Positions 1-11,793 of a stretch of DNA of 64,000 nt are shown here, in pieces; position 1 is the first letter of the stretch; every line of letters starts with the position of its first letter. The stretch is from assembly GCA_047495785.1 (NCBI GenBank), contig JBLDXI010000043.1, positions 248,001 through 312,000 of the forward strand. Direction: 5' to 3'. Under the pieces are notes generated by a model. It did not search any database, had not been told where the DNA came from, and worked only from the letters and a program-made list of their open reading frames with translations. The translations under genes were made by a program, and so were the position numbers. Source of the DNA: Lepidodermella squamata (lineage: Eukaryota > Animalia > Gastrotricha).

Positions 1-511
1 AAGACCGACGCAAATATTAAGAAACACATTCTCACAAACTGTAAAAAATGACTTTTAGCGAAAATTATCCCACTAAGAAATTTGTAAATTTCGAACGAAT
101 TTCTCAAATTTAACAATCAGTTATTGGAGAAAATAAACTAAGGCTTAGATTTGCAAGCAATTTGAACTATTTATATTCAAAAAATATCACGCCTTGGCAT
201 AATTCGAAATTATAAAAAATTACCCATTATCAATTTTCGGTTTTTTATCGATGGTCACAAATTTAGTTATAATTTTCCATTGGATGTTGGAAAGTATACT
301 ATCCTATTTTTTTTAATTTCCAGAGCTCAATTTTGTCGCCCATTTTTGTCGAAATAACCGTAATGCCCATTCATAATTTTGTGTAGTAGTGACCTAATTA
401 ATTATTATGCGGAGTGTTTGCGTGGTGCAAAACAAAAAATAGTGAGAGCAAATTTTATTGCTATGTGATATTGCTACAGCAGAAAAAAACGAATGAAGCC
501 ACGAAAGGATT

Positions 512-966
512 TGCCTGTACATGCACAAACGATTTTGCACAAAAGACACTGCACAAAAATACTTGCACAAAAGACATTGCGCAAACACACTTGCACAAAA
601 TTTTTTGCACAAACGCGATTTTTCTAGCTAGTTCGATTCGTCTTTGAAAATGACATACAGGGAATATATATTCATGTATTCACTTATAAAATATAGGGAA
701 GTAGTTTGATTTGAAACGTGTGATTTGTTTCAAAACGCAGAGTATTTTTATACATCGAACTTATGTTAAACTACTAATTCATCTTTTATAAGGGATTATG
801 CGACTATGTTATATTCCCTGTATGTCATTTTCAAAGACGAATCGAACTAGCTAGAAAAATCGCGTTTGTGCAAAAAATTTTGTGCAAGTGTGTTTGCGCA
901 ATGTCTTTTGTGCAAGTATTTTTGTGCAGTGACTTTTGTGCAAAATCGTTTGTGCATGTACAGGCA
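512..966. mobile_element. Foldback/MITE-like non-autonomous element with 157-bp inverted arms
   Basis: 512-668 is the reverse complement of 810-966 with one mismatch seen. The spacer is 141 bp and AT-rich. The arms are built from ~15-bp TGCACAAAA subrepeats. No clear TSD. Confidence 0.85.
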
Positions 967-2293
967 TACCCACGAAAGCAGCGCGAATGAACGTAAACCG
1001 CCATACTGTAATGACAGTAATGACAACCTCACCCTTGAATAACGAAAAAAATTAATCTCGGTTTTATTAAACATTTTTTTTTATATATTCCAAGTCCGCC
1101 TGAAAAAACCGGGTTCAGGATTGAAAATAGTGATTACAAGCAGCCTTTTGATTTCATTATCGAGTGCAGCTGAATTTTGCGTCCAGTTTTCAGCGATCCC
1201 AATTGATAATTATTGTTGAATGTTTTGGCGATCGAGTTGGGTGGTTTTTTCTAATTTTCAGCAAGGAGTCAAAGGCGTCAATAATGTTGACATTTGAAAT
1301 TAGGGTAAAATTCACAACCTCTGCTCATTTTTTCAATTATTGATTTCACTGGATTTGGGAATTTTTTAGGAAAAATGTTTCAATCATCCGAAGAAATTCA
1401 CTTTCAACAGCGTCTGAAAATGAGTCTCTTATATTTGCGCCGGTCTGCATTTTAGCCATGAATTAGCCAAGTCGACGGTTATTTTGTTTCGCAGCGGCAT
1501 TAATGCGACTCCCGCGTTTATTTCTGAATCGGCCAATAGCGTGCGAGCAAATAATTGTTAGAGAAAACTAGCCTTTCACAGTGGTTTAGTGGCCGGAGGA
1601 AACCACCGCGGATCCGTAAATGTGCCAGGAAATTCAATGACGCTTTTCGCCGTATAGCTAGTGTCGCGGATGTAAAAACATTTTAAATAGCGAAGACAAT
1701 AATTTGCTTGAAAATCGATATTTGGCGTTCGAATCTTCGCGAAAATCACGCTGAATGGATCTTCGCCTAGCTGACGGCGCTTATTATATGCATTCAGCGC
1801 ACCTCGGCTTAGTGCGCTGATCTCGCGATTAGAATTTTAGCTGACTTTAACTTGATGTTACTCGGCATCAATAATTCAAAGACGGTTTTTCTTGCAAGTC
1901 TTTCCAAGTGCGACACTGAGGAAATTTCGATTGCTTTCGCAGCTCTTAATCCCTTTTTGCCAAACGTTGAATCGAAGAAGACAAAGGAAATACATGTTTA
2001 AATGAAACACAACGTGAAGACATGATCGAATTTTTGTCCCCAGCTCACGTAGGACTTTGATTATAGCTGGGTTTGAGGCTCTCAGCTCTCATCGAAATGC
2101 CCCAGTTGTCTCCTGTCTCTGGTTTCACGACAGTCACTTACGATGACGTGATACGAATTGGATGAACTCGACATCCGTTGAGTTCACTGATCGGGAATAG
2201 ACTTCCAGGCAATAGAGAGCTTCCGGGTTTAAACAGCCCATATATAATGAATCTTTCGTATGTCTAAAAGACGCAAAGAATTTGTACACAAAG

Positions 2294-4738
2294 ATGGTTC
2301 CGCATTTCATAAAATTAATAACCTTGGCTTGTTTAGTCATTGTCACTATGGCTCAAGTAAGAAAACCCTACAACATGTCTGTGTTGGATCTAATCGCTTT
2401 CACTGGCAACTTCCCATCGACTGGCGAGGCCTGTAAAGTCGCATCTCAAATCGCAGTCGATGCAGCAAATTCCCAGGCAGATTTCCTACCTGACTACCGA
2501 ATCAACATCCAATTTGACGACGAAATGGGCGGTCCAGCTGCTGCAAGGGCAACTACAGCATTTTCGCGTAGTTTCGAAGACAACGGAAGGTCATGGGAGT
2601 ATCAGTCCCCTGTCATAGTTGGGCCTATGTTTTCGAACGCCTGTAAATCAATGGCCCCAGCTTTGCCTCATCTGTACTCCGCTGCGATTTCGATAGCATG
2701 CGCCGCCCCCTTTCTAACCGATCGAACTATCTATCCGAATCTCTACCTATTGCGATCGACAGGTGGCGTGCTTACCTATGCCCAGCTGCAGTTCATCAAG
2801 AAAGTCGGTAACTGGCAGCGTATTGGCATCATCACTAATGCTGGAAGTATCTTCGACTACGCCTCGGCCGCTGTGCTGCAACGCTTAGCCCTAGACTATG
2901 CGAATGTAGCTGTTCCATACTTTGACATTGTCTTAGAAATGGACGATGAATTCATAATCCTGCTGAAGCTGAGCGACGTAAGAATCATCGTTGTTTTCAC
3001 GTCTGTAAATAGGCTTGTATGGCGATTTCTCTGCCAAGCTCACAAATTTGGGATAACAGGCGAGAAATACATGTTCATCCTTCTCGGCATCGCTTACAGT
3101 GATCCTATAGGACTGAATGATCCTGTGGTGCCAGGTTGTGCCCGGGCTATCGTGATCGAACAAATGAAGGTAGGTCAATTGTCTTTAAGACCAGAAGTAG
3201 CTGAAGCTTTCTTATTACAGTTCTCATATTATTGGACTGCCCCAGTGATGTACACAGCTGAGCCGACGGTGAAATCTCATCTGAACTATAACTTGAACGA
3301 ATTCGAGGAATCGTTCTTCCACCGGACCAATGGAACGAAACCCTACGACTATGAACAGCGAATCTTGTGCCACGATGCGATGATGCAGGGTCTCATAACC
3401 CTCGATATCGCGGAGAAGCGGCTGAAAGCTCAGAATATGTCTCTACGCAACTTGAGAGACCACCCTAGACTAGTCGGCCGCATTGTGAATGAATCCGCTG
3501 TTTCAGTAGACTACATTGGGCTTAGGATGGGACGAATGCGCTATAACAGCCGTGGCGAGGTGGACGCTGATGTTCAAATGATTGGATATTGGACCCCGGA
3601 GAGGAGACTGGAATACATCTATACCGTCCATCAATTTCTCAACGCATCTGGCTATTCCTACGAGAGCTATTGGATGCGAAAGATTCGAGAGCCTGTATGG
3701 ATGACTTCGGATAGAAAGCCACCCCGCGACAGGATTTTGGTTCAGCAAGTGTTGAATGAGGTTCCGGAGGCGGTTTTCTATGTTGTAGTTGTCATTGCAG
3801 CTATTTCGTCACTGATTCAAATCTTAGCCCTCTCGAAGCTCGTTTTCTCCCGGGGCATGGAATCTGTTCAGAAAGGTCTAGTCCGTGTCAAGACTTTAGC
3901 CTTCCTTGGATCTTTGATAACAAATGCTTCAGCGATAGTTTACTCGATGCAAACCGATAAAAATCCATACCAACTTTGGATGTTGAGGATAGTCCTTCTA
4001 TCCGTTGGTCTTGCCCTGACTCACGGAGTTATTTCACTCCGAGCTATCATTTTCTCATTCAAGCTTTACAAATTCCAAATACCAAGCCATGTTTCGATTG
4101 CTAAGCCTAATAGTAGGATTGCTGGAACTCGTTTCCTTTCAAAAGGTGGGGGACAGAGCGAATCGGATTTGCCGAGTATAACTCAGGCCCGACCGTCAAG
4201 TCAGTCTTCTTTTCCCGCTGCAAGACATTCGTCGACACATCACGTCGATCTCACGATGGAAAATATCAAATCAATAGATGAGCTATGTTCACTGTGGATT
4301 CTGGTTTTCGGCCTTGTTAATGGAGCTATTGTTGGATTCTGGCTGAATGGGGATCCCTTGCAGTGCTATGTAGGTAAAATGCCGCCACGCTTGATAGAAT
4401 CTGCGGATACGGTCATTGAGACCTTATACACAACTTGCCAATCGGCTAAGAATCACTCATCATGGATTCTAGCTCTTATGGGAATTAATATCGCGATTCT
4501 AGTCGCTGGGGCCTTGGTTGCCTTCAAACTGCGTATTGCAAATGGCGCTAAGATTGTCCCAGAGTTTCAGTTTGTAACTATGGGCATCATTAACGCGGCG
4601 ACCATCTACCTTGGCTCTCTTTTGATTGTCGTAGTTTTGCGAGATATTGTCGGCCAAATCATCGCGATTGCATTCGCGTCATTGATTCTGTCGGCTACGT
4701 CTTCCGCGACGTGGGCGTACCCCCTGTATCGTTCCTAG
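2294..4738 (+). CDS. Class C GPCR, GABA-B-receptor-like, copy 1 (exons 2294-3169, 3221-4738; ~797 aa)
   Basis: Signal peptide, Venus-flytrap domain (FLTDRTIYPNLYLLRS, WQRIGII, LCQAHKFG), no Cys-rich domain, 7 TM with WLNGDPL after TM4. A 51-nt stop-free GT-AG intron (3170-3220) lies at the EQMK| position shared by all paralogs. Confidence 0.88.
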   Translation: MVPHFIKLITLACLVIVTMAQVRKPYNMSVLDLIAFTGNFPSTGEACKVASQIAVDAANSQADFLPDYRINIQFDDEMGGPAAARATTAFSRSFEDNGRSWEYQSPVIVGPMFSNACKSMAPALPHLYSAAISIACAAPFLTDRTIYPNLYLLRSTGGVLTYAQLQFIKKVGNWQRIGIITNAGSIFDYASAAVLQRLALDYANVAVPYFDIVLEMDDEFIILLKLSDVRIIVVFTSVNRLVWRFLCQAHKFGITGEKYMFILLGIAYSDPIGLNDPVVPGCARAIVIEQMKVGQLSLRPEVAEAFLLQFSYYWTAPVMYTAEPTVKSHLNYNLNEFEESFFHRTNGTKPYDYEQRILCHDAMMQGLITLDIAEKRLKAQNMSLRNLRDHPRLVGRIVNESAVSVDYIGLRMGRMRYNSRGEVDADVQMIGYWTPERRLEYIYTVHQFLNASGYSYESYWMRKIREPVWMTSDRKPPRDRILVQQVLNEVPEAVFYVVVVIAAISSLIQILALSKLVFSRGMESVQKGLVRVKTLAFLGSLITNASAIVYSMQTDKNPYQLWMLRIVLLSVGLALTHGVISLRAIIFSFKLYKFQIPSHVSIAKPNSRIAGTRFLSKGGGQSESDLPSITQARPSSQSSFPAARHSSTHHVDLTMENIKSIDELCSLWILVFGLVNGAIVGFWLNGDPLQCYVGKMPPRLIESADTVIETLYTTCQSAKNHSSWILALMGINIAILVAGALVAFKLRIANGAKIVPEFQFVTMGIINAATIYLGSLLIVVVLRDIVGQIIAIAFASLILSATSSATWAYPLYRS

Positions 4739-4959
4739 CACGAAAGTAGTTGGAGTGGCTCGTAACAGAGCGAGACGATAACGTCAAAAAAGCCCGCCAA
4801 AACTACAGTTTGACCTTACGTATCTACCTAGAGTTGAAGTGTCCAACTTATCTAGTTGACAAAACTTGACAATAAAGCTACATAGAGATACGTTTATTTG
4901 ATTAGTATCGAAGTTTGAGTAGGGCCAGTTGATCGAACATCAGTAATTCAGCGGCTCTG

Positions 4960-5225
4960 CGCATGCCTTTTGAGGTAACGCTGTTTCTGTTACAATTTAC
5001 AGTTATGGTTGCTGCCAGCAATTTTCAGCCATGTTAAGAATGTCGCCTTTGATCAACGAAGAAACCTTGCAGGAAACTGCTTGCGGCAACCCTGGTGAAT
5101 ACTCAGCGGTTTCCGCATTGATTCTTTGTCTTAATGGATTGCTTGTAAATAGACCAGTTCGTTTTTATAAAGTGCTACTCATAGTTCTCAGACATTTTGC
5201 TTCGACTAATTTGTGTTGCCTACAT
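4960..5225. repeat. Diverged direct repeat, copy A (partner ~7530-7790)
   Basis: Colinear shared blocks AATGTCG, CCTTGCAGGAAA, TTCCGCATT, ATAAAGTGC.ACTCA, TTCTCA. No intact ORF is shared by the two copies. Confidence 0.6.
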
Positions 5226-5460
5226 CCGGGATGCTGATCATCTGTTGGCTCAGATCACCTCTAGCTAAACATGAATTTTTTCTTAATAACTTTAGAAGCA
5301 GGCCATTACGACAAAGAAGCAATTGGAAACTGCCGAACAACATCGCCGAACAACATCGATATTCCTCAAACGCACGATCAAATTTAAACTGAATTGAAAT
5401 TGAAATCGCCCCTCCCACCGTGAAATGGTTAAACTTAAATAACGACAGTCCTGTCAGAGC

Positions 5461-6609
5461 TCAGATGAAACGAGTGTTCCTCGCAGCCGTAATGGCGTAG
5501 GCATTAATTGCAACGAAGAAGACAATCGTTAACGTGAGTGCGATTAGATCGACAAATCTACCTATCGTCATCCCAGTTTTATGGAGAAATGGCATAAAAG
5601 TGGCTGGTTTCTGGAAGAATGATTTGTAAGCCCTTGTAAAGCCACACGAGGCCAAAGAATATATGGTGCACGCCCAAGAAAACAACGAGCATAAATCCGT
5701 GTAATTGCTCAGGAAGATTCGTTGAGGCTTTGGCGGGATTCGGTTAACCACGCTCGATTGCATAAAGGTCATAGCCAGTAGGAGGGTGACCGCAAATACT
5801 GGCCTATCGGGTATATCCGGCAGTAAAAAGAAAGCAGCGATCTCAAGGCTGGAAAGAAAAAAACATGGGATCATGAGGTTGTTGATGTAGAACTCGGGTT
5901 TTCGCCGGAAGTACAGCGTAAACTGAGCTATACTGCGATTGCCGAACACGTTTACAACAGTAATACTATGGTTCCAGCCGAGGTAATCCCATCCTAAACC
6001 AGGACCCATGAAATTTTCTTCCACAGCCGAATCTGCATAGGGAACCCATTCACAGGCCCTCATATCTTCGGTCAAGATGAATGAAACTGTACATGATTGG
6101 GTGTCGAAAGGGAACAGCCTGAAATCCATAGGACACAGCGATGTGAAAACGCCAACTCGCTGCCAATAGCTTCTGATTGTTCCGATTGGGGTTTTATGAT
6201 CCTGCAATAAAAGTTGCCGCTCGGCAAACCCGGTTGCCATTGAGAAGTCTGAAATAGCGTTTCTGTGAATGAAATGAGGCGTCCATGTTTGGTCCTTCCC
6301 GACATAGACAGCGTAGACAGATGGCCCGGTGTAGTTGGAGCATGGAGCCAGCCAGCGTAGAGTCAATGCGGCCGATATGGCCATGGTTTCATCGGCATCG
6401 ATTATCGAGTGGAAGCGATGTGGCTGGAAACCAATCGTCACCTGCTGCCTGTCGCATGGTAGTGCGGGGGCTTCGAAATTTCCTATAGGGCAGGTTGGGT
6501 TGTAGGCGCCAAATCGCAAGCTCATGCATGAATCAAGAATTTCATTTAGAATATCGGCTGAACAGCTGGTTATCAGCACGCAAAAATAGAAAGCTGGTCC
6601 GAAAATCAT
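5461..6609 (-). CDS. Divergent intronless Cys-loop (pentameric) ligand-gated ion channel subunit, 382 aa
   Basis: Signal peptide, WTP motif, Cys-loop CPMDFRLFPFDTQSC, pre-M1 FRRKPEFY, four TM helices, M2 PDRPVFAVTLLLAM. No vicinal Cys in loop C. The M3-M4 loop is very short. Confidence 0.92.
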   Translation of the reverse strand: MIFGPAFYFCVLITSCSADILNEILDSCMSLRFGAYNPTCPIGNFEAPALPCDRQQVTIGFQPHRFHSIIDADETMAISAALTLRWLAPCSNYTGPSVYAVYVGKDQTWTPHFIHRNAISDFSMATGFAERQLLLQDHKTPIGTIRSYWQRVGVFTSLCPMDFRLFPFDTQSCTVSFILTEDMRACEWVPYADSAVEENFMGPGLGWDYLGWNHSITVVNVFGNRSIAQFTLYFRRKPEFYINNLMIPCFFLSSLEIAAFFLLPDIPDRPVFAVTLLLAMTFMQSSVVNRIPPKPQRIFLSNYTDLCSLFSWACTIYSLASCGFTRAYKSFFQKPATFMPFLHKTGMTIGRFVDLIALTLTIVFFVAINAYAITAARNTRFI

Positions 6610-7529
6610 TTCTTGTTAATAAAAAACTTGGTCATCCCCATTTCTCGAGCTTCAGCATATTGGCGAGATGCTCAGGAAGCGCGGATATGAGTAAATAACC
6701 TCTGGCTACTACAGTGCGTTCGCTAGCTTATGCCGGATATTTCGTCATTGCAATGTCAGCAATTAATTCTCATGAATGCTTTTTATATATAATTTAGTCC
6801 TTTCATAGCAATATTACTGTCTGGAGTTATCAATCATCATTTGACCATGTGACGTAGATATCTAATTCACATGCATTTAATGGACATTTTATTTAACAGG
6901 ATAATGGAAATTTGGGAAGTCCCATTCGCCCAACTAATTTCACCCAACTGCATGTTTATCCGAAAATTCCGCCAAACCGCCCACTCGCCCAACCAATTCG
7001 TCCAACTTTGAATTAAACAAAAATGAAATCAAACACACGCGGTACTTCTGAGCACTCAACCATGTAAACGTAATCGGAGACACAATTTATAGCCAAAGAT
7101 GGTTACCCCCATTGCTGATATCTCGCCGTGGTTTGGCTCGACGACCCGAGCAGATGTGCTGATGGTTCAACCTAAGCGAAGAGGCCGAGAGATAATTTTA
7201 TTCATCTTTAATTTCCCAGTATTAGTATTAGTAGAGTAACAATGAATGTACACTGCTTGGCGGTATTCCTCTGCCGATGCTATGCTGCTTGATAAGCTTC
7301 GGTCAGAAGTATGTGCCACCAGTCCGGCCCGCGATAGTTCAAGTTTAGCGTGCCGCGTTCCCTTTTGAAAGTTTAGTTTGGATATTGGCTCAGAGCGGTG
7401 AAAATCGTAGGAACTGGTTTCGTTTAGCCGTAACGTTGGTTGTAGCGCTACCGGTGCTTGATGATGTTAAATTAGTAAAATCGAATACTTATTGATATAT
7501 ATCCAGGGTTGAGTAGGCAATTATTGTAG

Positions 7530-7790
7530 CATTGGTTGTGGCTGTGTTTCTTGAGTTGAAGCTCTTTGCGGTATAGTCATAGTTGTTGCCCTCAATTTCG
7601 AAAATTTTTAATGTCGGTTTCATTCGACAAAGAAGCCTTGCAGGAAATTCCTGGCTGCGACCACGCGCTGCTTCCGCATTTGATTCCTCGTCTTTTATAG
7701 GTGACATGCTTTCAAAAAGTCTTAATAAAGTGCAACTCAGACTTCTCAAACTTTTAGTACCCGTTAATTGTTGGTTCTGCTACTGATGAT
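7530..7790. repeat. Diverged direct repeat, copy B (partner ~4960-5225)
   Basis: Same colinear blocks as copy A. Confidence 0.6.
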
Positions 7791-8861
7791 AGAAAACTGT
7801 AAAACATACTCATACTCTTTATTTATGCAAGTTGCCTTTCGCATTTAGCATTTTGGTATCAGACATCATCACAAGGCTTATGAGTCAACTATTCCCATGA
7901 TTGATGGTCGAACCATGGTCCCCAGGCTTTGAGTGCCATGTTTTGATTGCCGGTGAATGCCGCCCTACACCAGGAGGGAGGAAATCGCGGTATCGGGTGG
8001 ATTTGCTTGGCGGTGTTACTAGCAAGTACGCATCGTGGATCGCAGTTTCTGCTATCAAAGATTGGCAGCAAATCATCATTGGTAACGGCCGAAGTTTTTC
8101 CACTCGCAGCCTGGAATAAGGGAATGAATTCAAAGTTGATATAATATACAGTTATACAGTCAGTACTCGCCATACTACACTTTCACGGGGGACAAGAAAA
8201 AGGTGAACCTAAGCAAAAAGCGTACCCTTGCGAGTCAAAATTAGCTTAATTGTTAGCACATAATTGTGTCCGGCCAAAACGTGTACCATGACGAATAAGT
8301 GTAATAAAACGGAGTGTACTATGACGAGGACTGACCGTACGTTGTTAAAGAAGTTTACATTTAACAAACATTTAACAAACATCCGACTCGGAAGAAATAC
8401 CTATTTTTTATCGGTTGGGGCACTGGAATAAAATCCATACCAATGGGGATAAGCTCACGGAATAATGCGTATATATCAAATAATCAAAATTTGAGATCCA
8501 AACCTTGCTGCAAGTTGAGAGGTGTCGTTGACGAATAACTCTCTCAAACGCGAGGACAAAGGCATTTTTGTAAGCTCGAAAAAGAACGTCAAATATTTCA
8601 TTATGTGAATTAAGATCGAAATGTCTGCGCGGATGCAGCTGCAGACATAACACTATTCTTTAACCGCGCTTTGCCAGAATTCTCGCTATTGGGGGATGAT
8701 GGCGGTAGAGAGGACATGGGAGAAAGCTTTCAGCATCACACAAATGTATATCCGCTATATCGATGCCCAAATTCACGTAAATATTTCCTGATCACGTGTA
8801 GACATACCCTGGTCAGATGGCGAATGCAATATTTCATAACTGATAGTTCACATTTAAAAAA

Positions 8862-11793
8862 ATGCAGTTCCTCGGATTAATTTCAATTTTCTTGCAATGT
8901 TCAATTGTCAGCCTGATAAAACCGCACAACATGACTCTGCTCGCACTCATGCCATTCACAGGCAGCCCTCCATCAACAGGTGTAGCGTGTAAGATCGCAG
9001 CACAGATAGCAATCGACGCGGCTAACAGCCGACCAGATTTGCTACCAGACTATCACCTCAACCTTCAATTTGAAGACGAAGCCTCAGGCAACCAAGCTAC
9101 CCGAGTCGGCGTATCTTACAGTCGCAGTTTTGAGAACAGCCAGCGAAGCAGCGAATATCAATCGCCAATCATTGTTGGACCGAATTTCTCAAACGGTTGC
9201 AAGGCCCTAGGACCAGCTTTGCATCAACTTTACTCGATTGGCCTATCGAAAGGCTGCGCTGCTTCTTTCCTAACCGATAGAAGTATCTATCGCAATTTGT
9301 ACTTGATGCGATCAACAGGCGGCATTCTTACCTATGCCCAAATGCGGTTTATCAAAGATGTCGGAAAATGGCAGCGAATCGGAATCATAACTAATGTTGG
9401 CAGTGTTTCTGATTACACTTCCGCCGCGATTCTACAACGCCTCGCACTCGACCAAGCTAACGTCTCGGTGCCATATTTCGACATTGTAGCTGAAATGGAT
9501 GACGAGTACTTCGTTGCTATGAAGAAAAGCGATGTCAGAGTTGTCGTGGTTACTACGGCGATCGCGAGGCTTGTTTGGAGATTTTTGTGTCAGGCTCACA
9601 AATTCGGCATTACTGGCCCGAGATATGCCATCATTCTACTTGGCGTAGTCTTCAGTGATCCTAGGACGCTTCCGGATCCTGTGGTGCCGGATTGCAGGAG
9701 AACTGTGGTGGTCGAGCAAATGAAGGTGATTCTTTTCTCTTTTCTTCTATTTATTTTCCATTCACTGCATGAGCTCTTGTAATCGAAACTATTGGTAATT
9801 AATGTTGATGGAACCTTTTCGAGTTTCGTCGTTCTCACTTAGTTGAAACTCACTTTAAAAATCATAGGCAAGAGGTTGGAGAAAATCTCGAAATTGAGAA
9901 ATGAGAGGCAATCAACAATCAGCAATATTTACCATAATTTTTCTCCTTTACGGCGATCTTATTGGATCGATGTCTGAGTTTCAGCTTTTAATCAATCAAA
10001 CGACACAGTGTCGGAGGTAGGATTTCAACCAGGTTTCTCACATTTTTGCTACATCATATACGGAAACGCCGAATCCAATGCCCTACGTCATGCCAAACTT
10101 CTGACAGGATGTGATTGTCATGTGATGCATTAAAAATCACGTGCCTTATCCGCGAAGTATATCTTGAATGATTTTTCTCGATAGTTCTCGATAGTAGAGT
10201 CAGGGATTTATATCCAAACAATTCCAATCTAGAAACGTTTTCCTAACTAAACTTCAAAACTTCCCTTCTTAACTTGATTTTCAGCATTCTTTCTGGACGG
10301 CACCGCTGCAAAACACCCCTGATCCAGCTGCGAGGGCAGCTTTGGGCTACAACCTTCCGGAATTCGAGGCGATTTTCGATCGATACTTAAATGACTCCAA
10401 ACCATTCGATTACGAACAACGAATTAGCTGCCATGACAATGCGCTTCAGGCTGTGCTAACTCTCCACAAATCAGAGGAAAACTTGAAAAGTCAAAACCTT
10501 TCTCTGCGCAACATGCGAGACCGTCCTAAACTTGTAATGGGAATCGTTAACAAAACAGCTTTGACAATCGATTATACTGGACTGAGAATGGGTCGGTTCA
10601 AGTACAACAGCCTCGGAGAGATGGATGGCGATATTTTGATGATAAACCATTGGAGCCCTGACGCAGGATATCAAATAGTCTATACAGTCCATCAGTACCC
10701 GAATACGTCAGCCTATTCGTACGATAGCTATTGGATGAAAAAGCACCGTGATCCCGTGTGGCAAACAACGAGCCGAGCGCCTCCTAAGGACAGCGTTGGA
10801 ATCCGCCGAACCGCCAATGTAATCCCTGTGGAAATTAGTTATGTCATTGGAGTTCTGTCAGGAATGGTCAGTGTGGTTCAAACCGCCGGCTTCTCGAGAC
10901 TTATCGACAGGAGTAAGTACGAAAACACGAAAAAGGGTCTGCCTAGATTGAAAATGGCGGCTTTGATCGGAGCCATGATCATGAATGCGGCTGCGATAGC
11001 TTTTTCGCTCGAAACTTCACTTTCACCGCTACTAATTTCGAAATTGAGGTTAATCTTGATAGTCCTTAGCTTCGCTCTAACGAACGGAGCTTTGAATATG
11101 AGGCCAATTTTTCTGTCTCTGAGATTAGCTAAAAAGGTGAGCTTTTCTTCGAGCTTACCCACGACAAGAGAACAAGAAACGACATATTTGTCAAATTATG
11201 CTACAAGAAGATTGCCTGTGAGACGTGTAATTTCTATTAAGACCAATTTTGATGAACAAAGAGCAACTCGAGCGATTCTAAGGAAAACAGATTCTCTGTC
11301 AAACAAGGCAGACTATGAAGTGATTGATGAACTGAGTTTAGCCTGGGTTCTTACATTTGCAATGGCTAATGCAGGACTCGTTGGTTTCTGGCTTCTGGGC
11401 GATCCGCTGATATGTTTCACAGAATGGAAGCCGCCTGACTATGATGGAATCGTAGATATGATCATGGAAAGTTATTACTGGACATGCAAGTCATCTGGGT
11501 ATCATTCGGCTTGGATTTATTCCTTCCTAGCGGTCAATGCGAGTATTCTGCTTACTGGAGGTTGCGCGTTGTGGAGAATGCGATTTCTCAGTGGTGGATT
11601 GGTTTTTCCTGAGATGGAGCTGATTTCGATTGGTCTCGCTAATTTCGCGATCCTTTTTATGGGTGGTTGTCTCATCGTAGCAGTTTTGAATGATATTGTG
11701 GTTCGGGAGATAACCATCGCTTTTGCACTGTTGATCGCGTCGGCCACCACGTCAGCTACCTTGCTATATCCGGTCTACAATCAGATTGCCTAA
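8862..11793 (+). CDS. Class C GPCR, GABA-B-like, copy 2 (exons 8862-9725, 10285-11793; ~790 aa)
   Basis: Donor AAG|GTGATT and acceptor TTTCAG|CAT join EQMK to HSFW in frame. VFT plus 7TM, paralogous to copy 1. Confidence 0.92.

Noticed and set aside
520-612. TGCACAAAA periodic repeats as a CRISPR array, and the ORFs overlapping them
   Set aside because: The units are ~15 bp without unique spacers, lie inside inverted arms and have no cas genes nearby. The context is eukaryotic, and the ORFs are repeat by-products.
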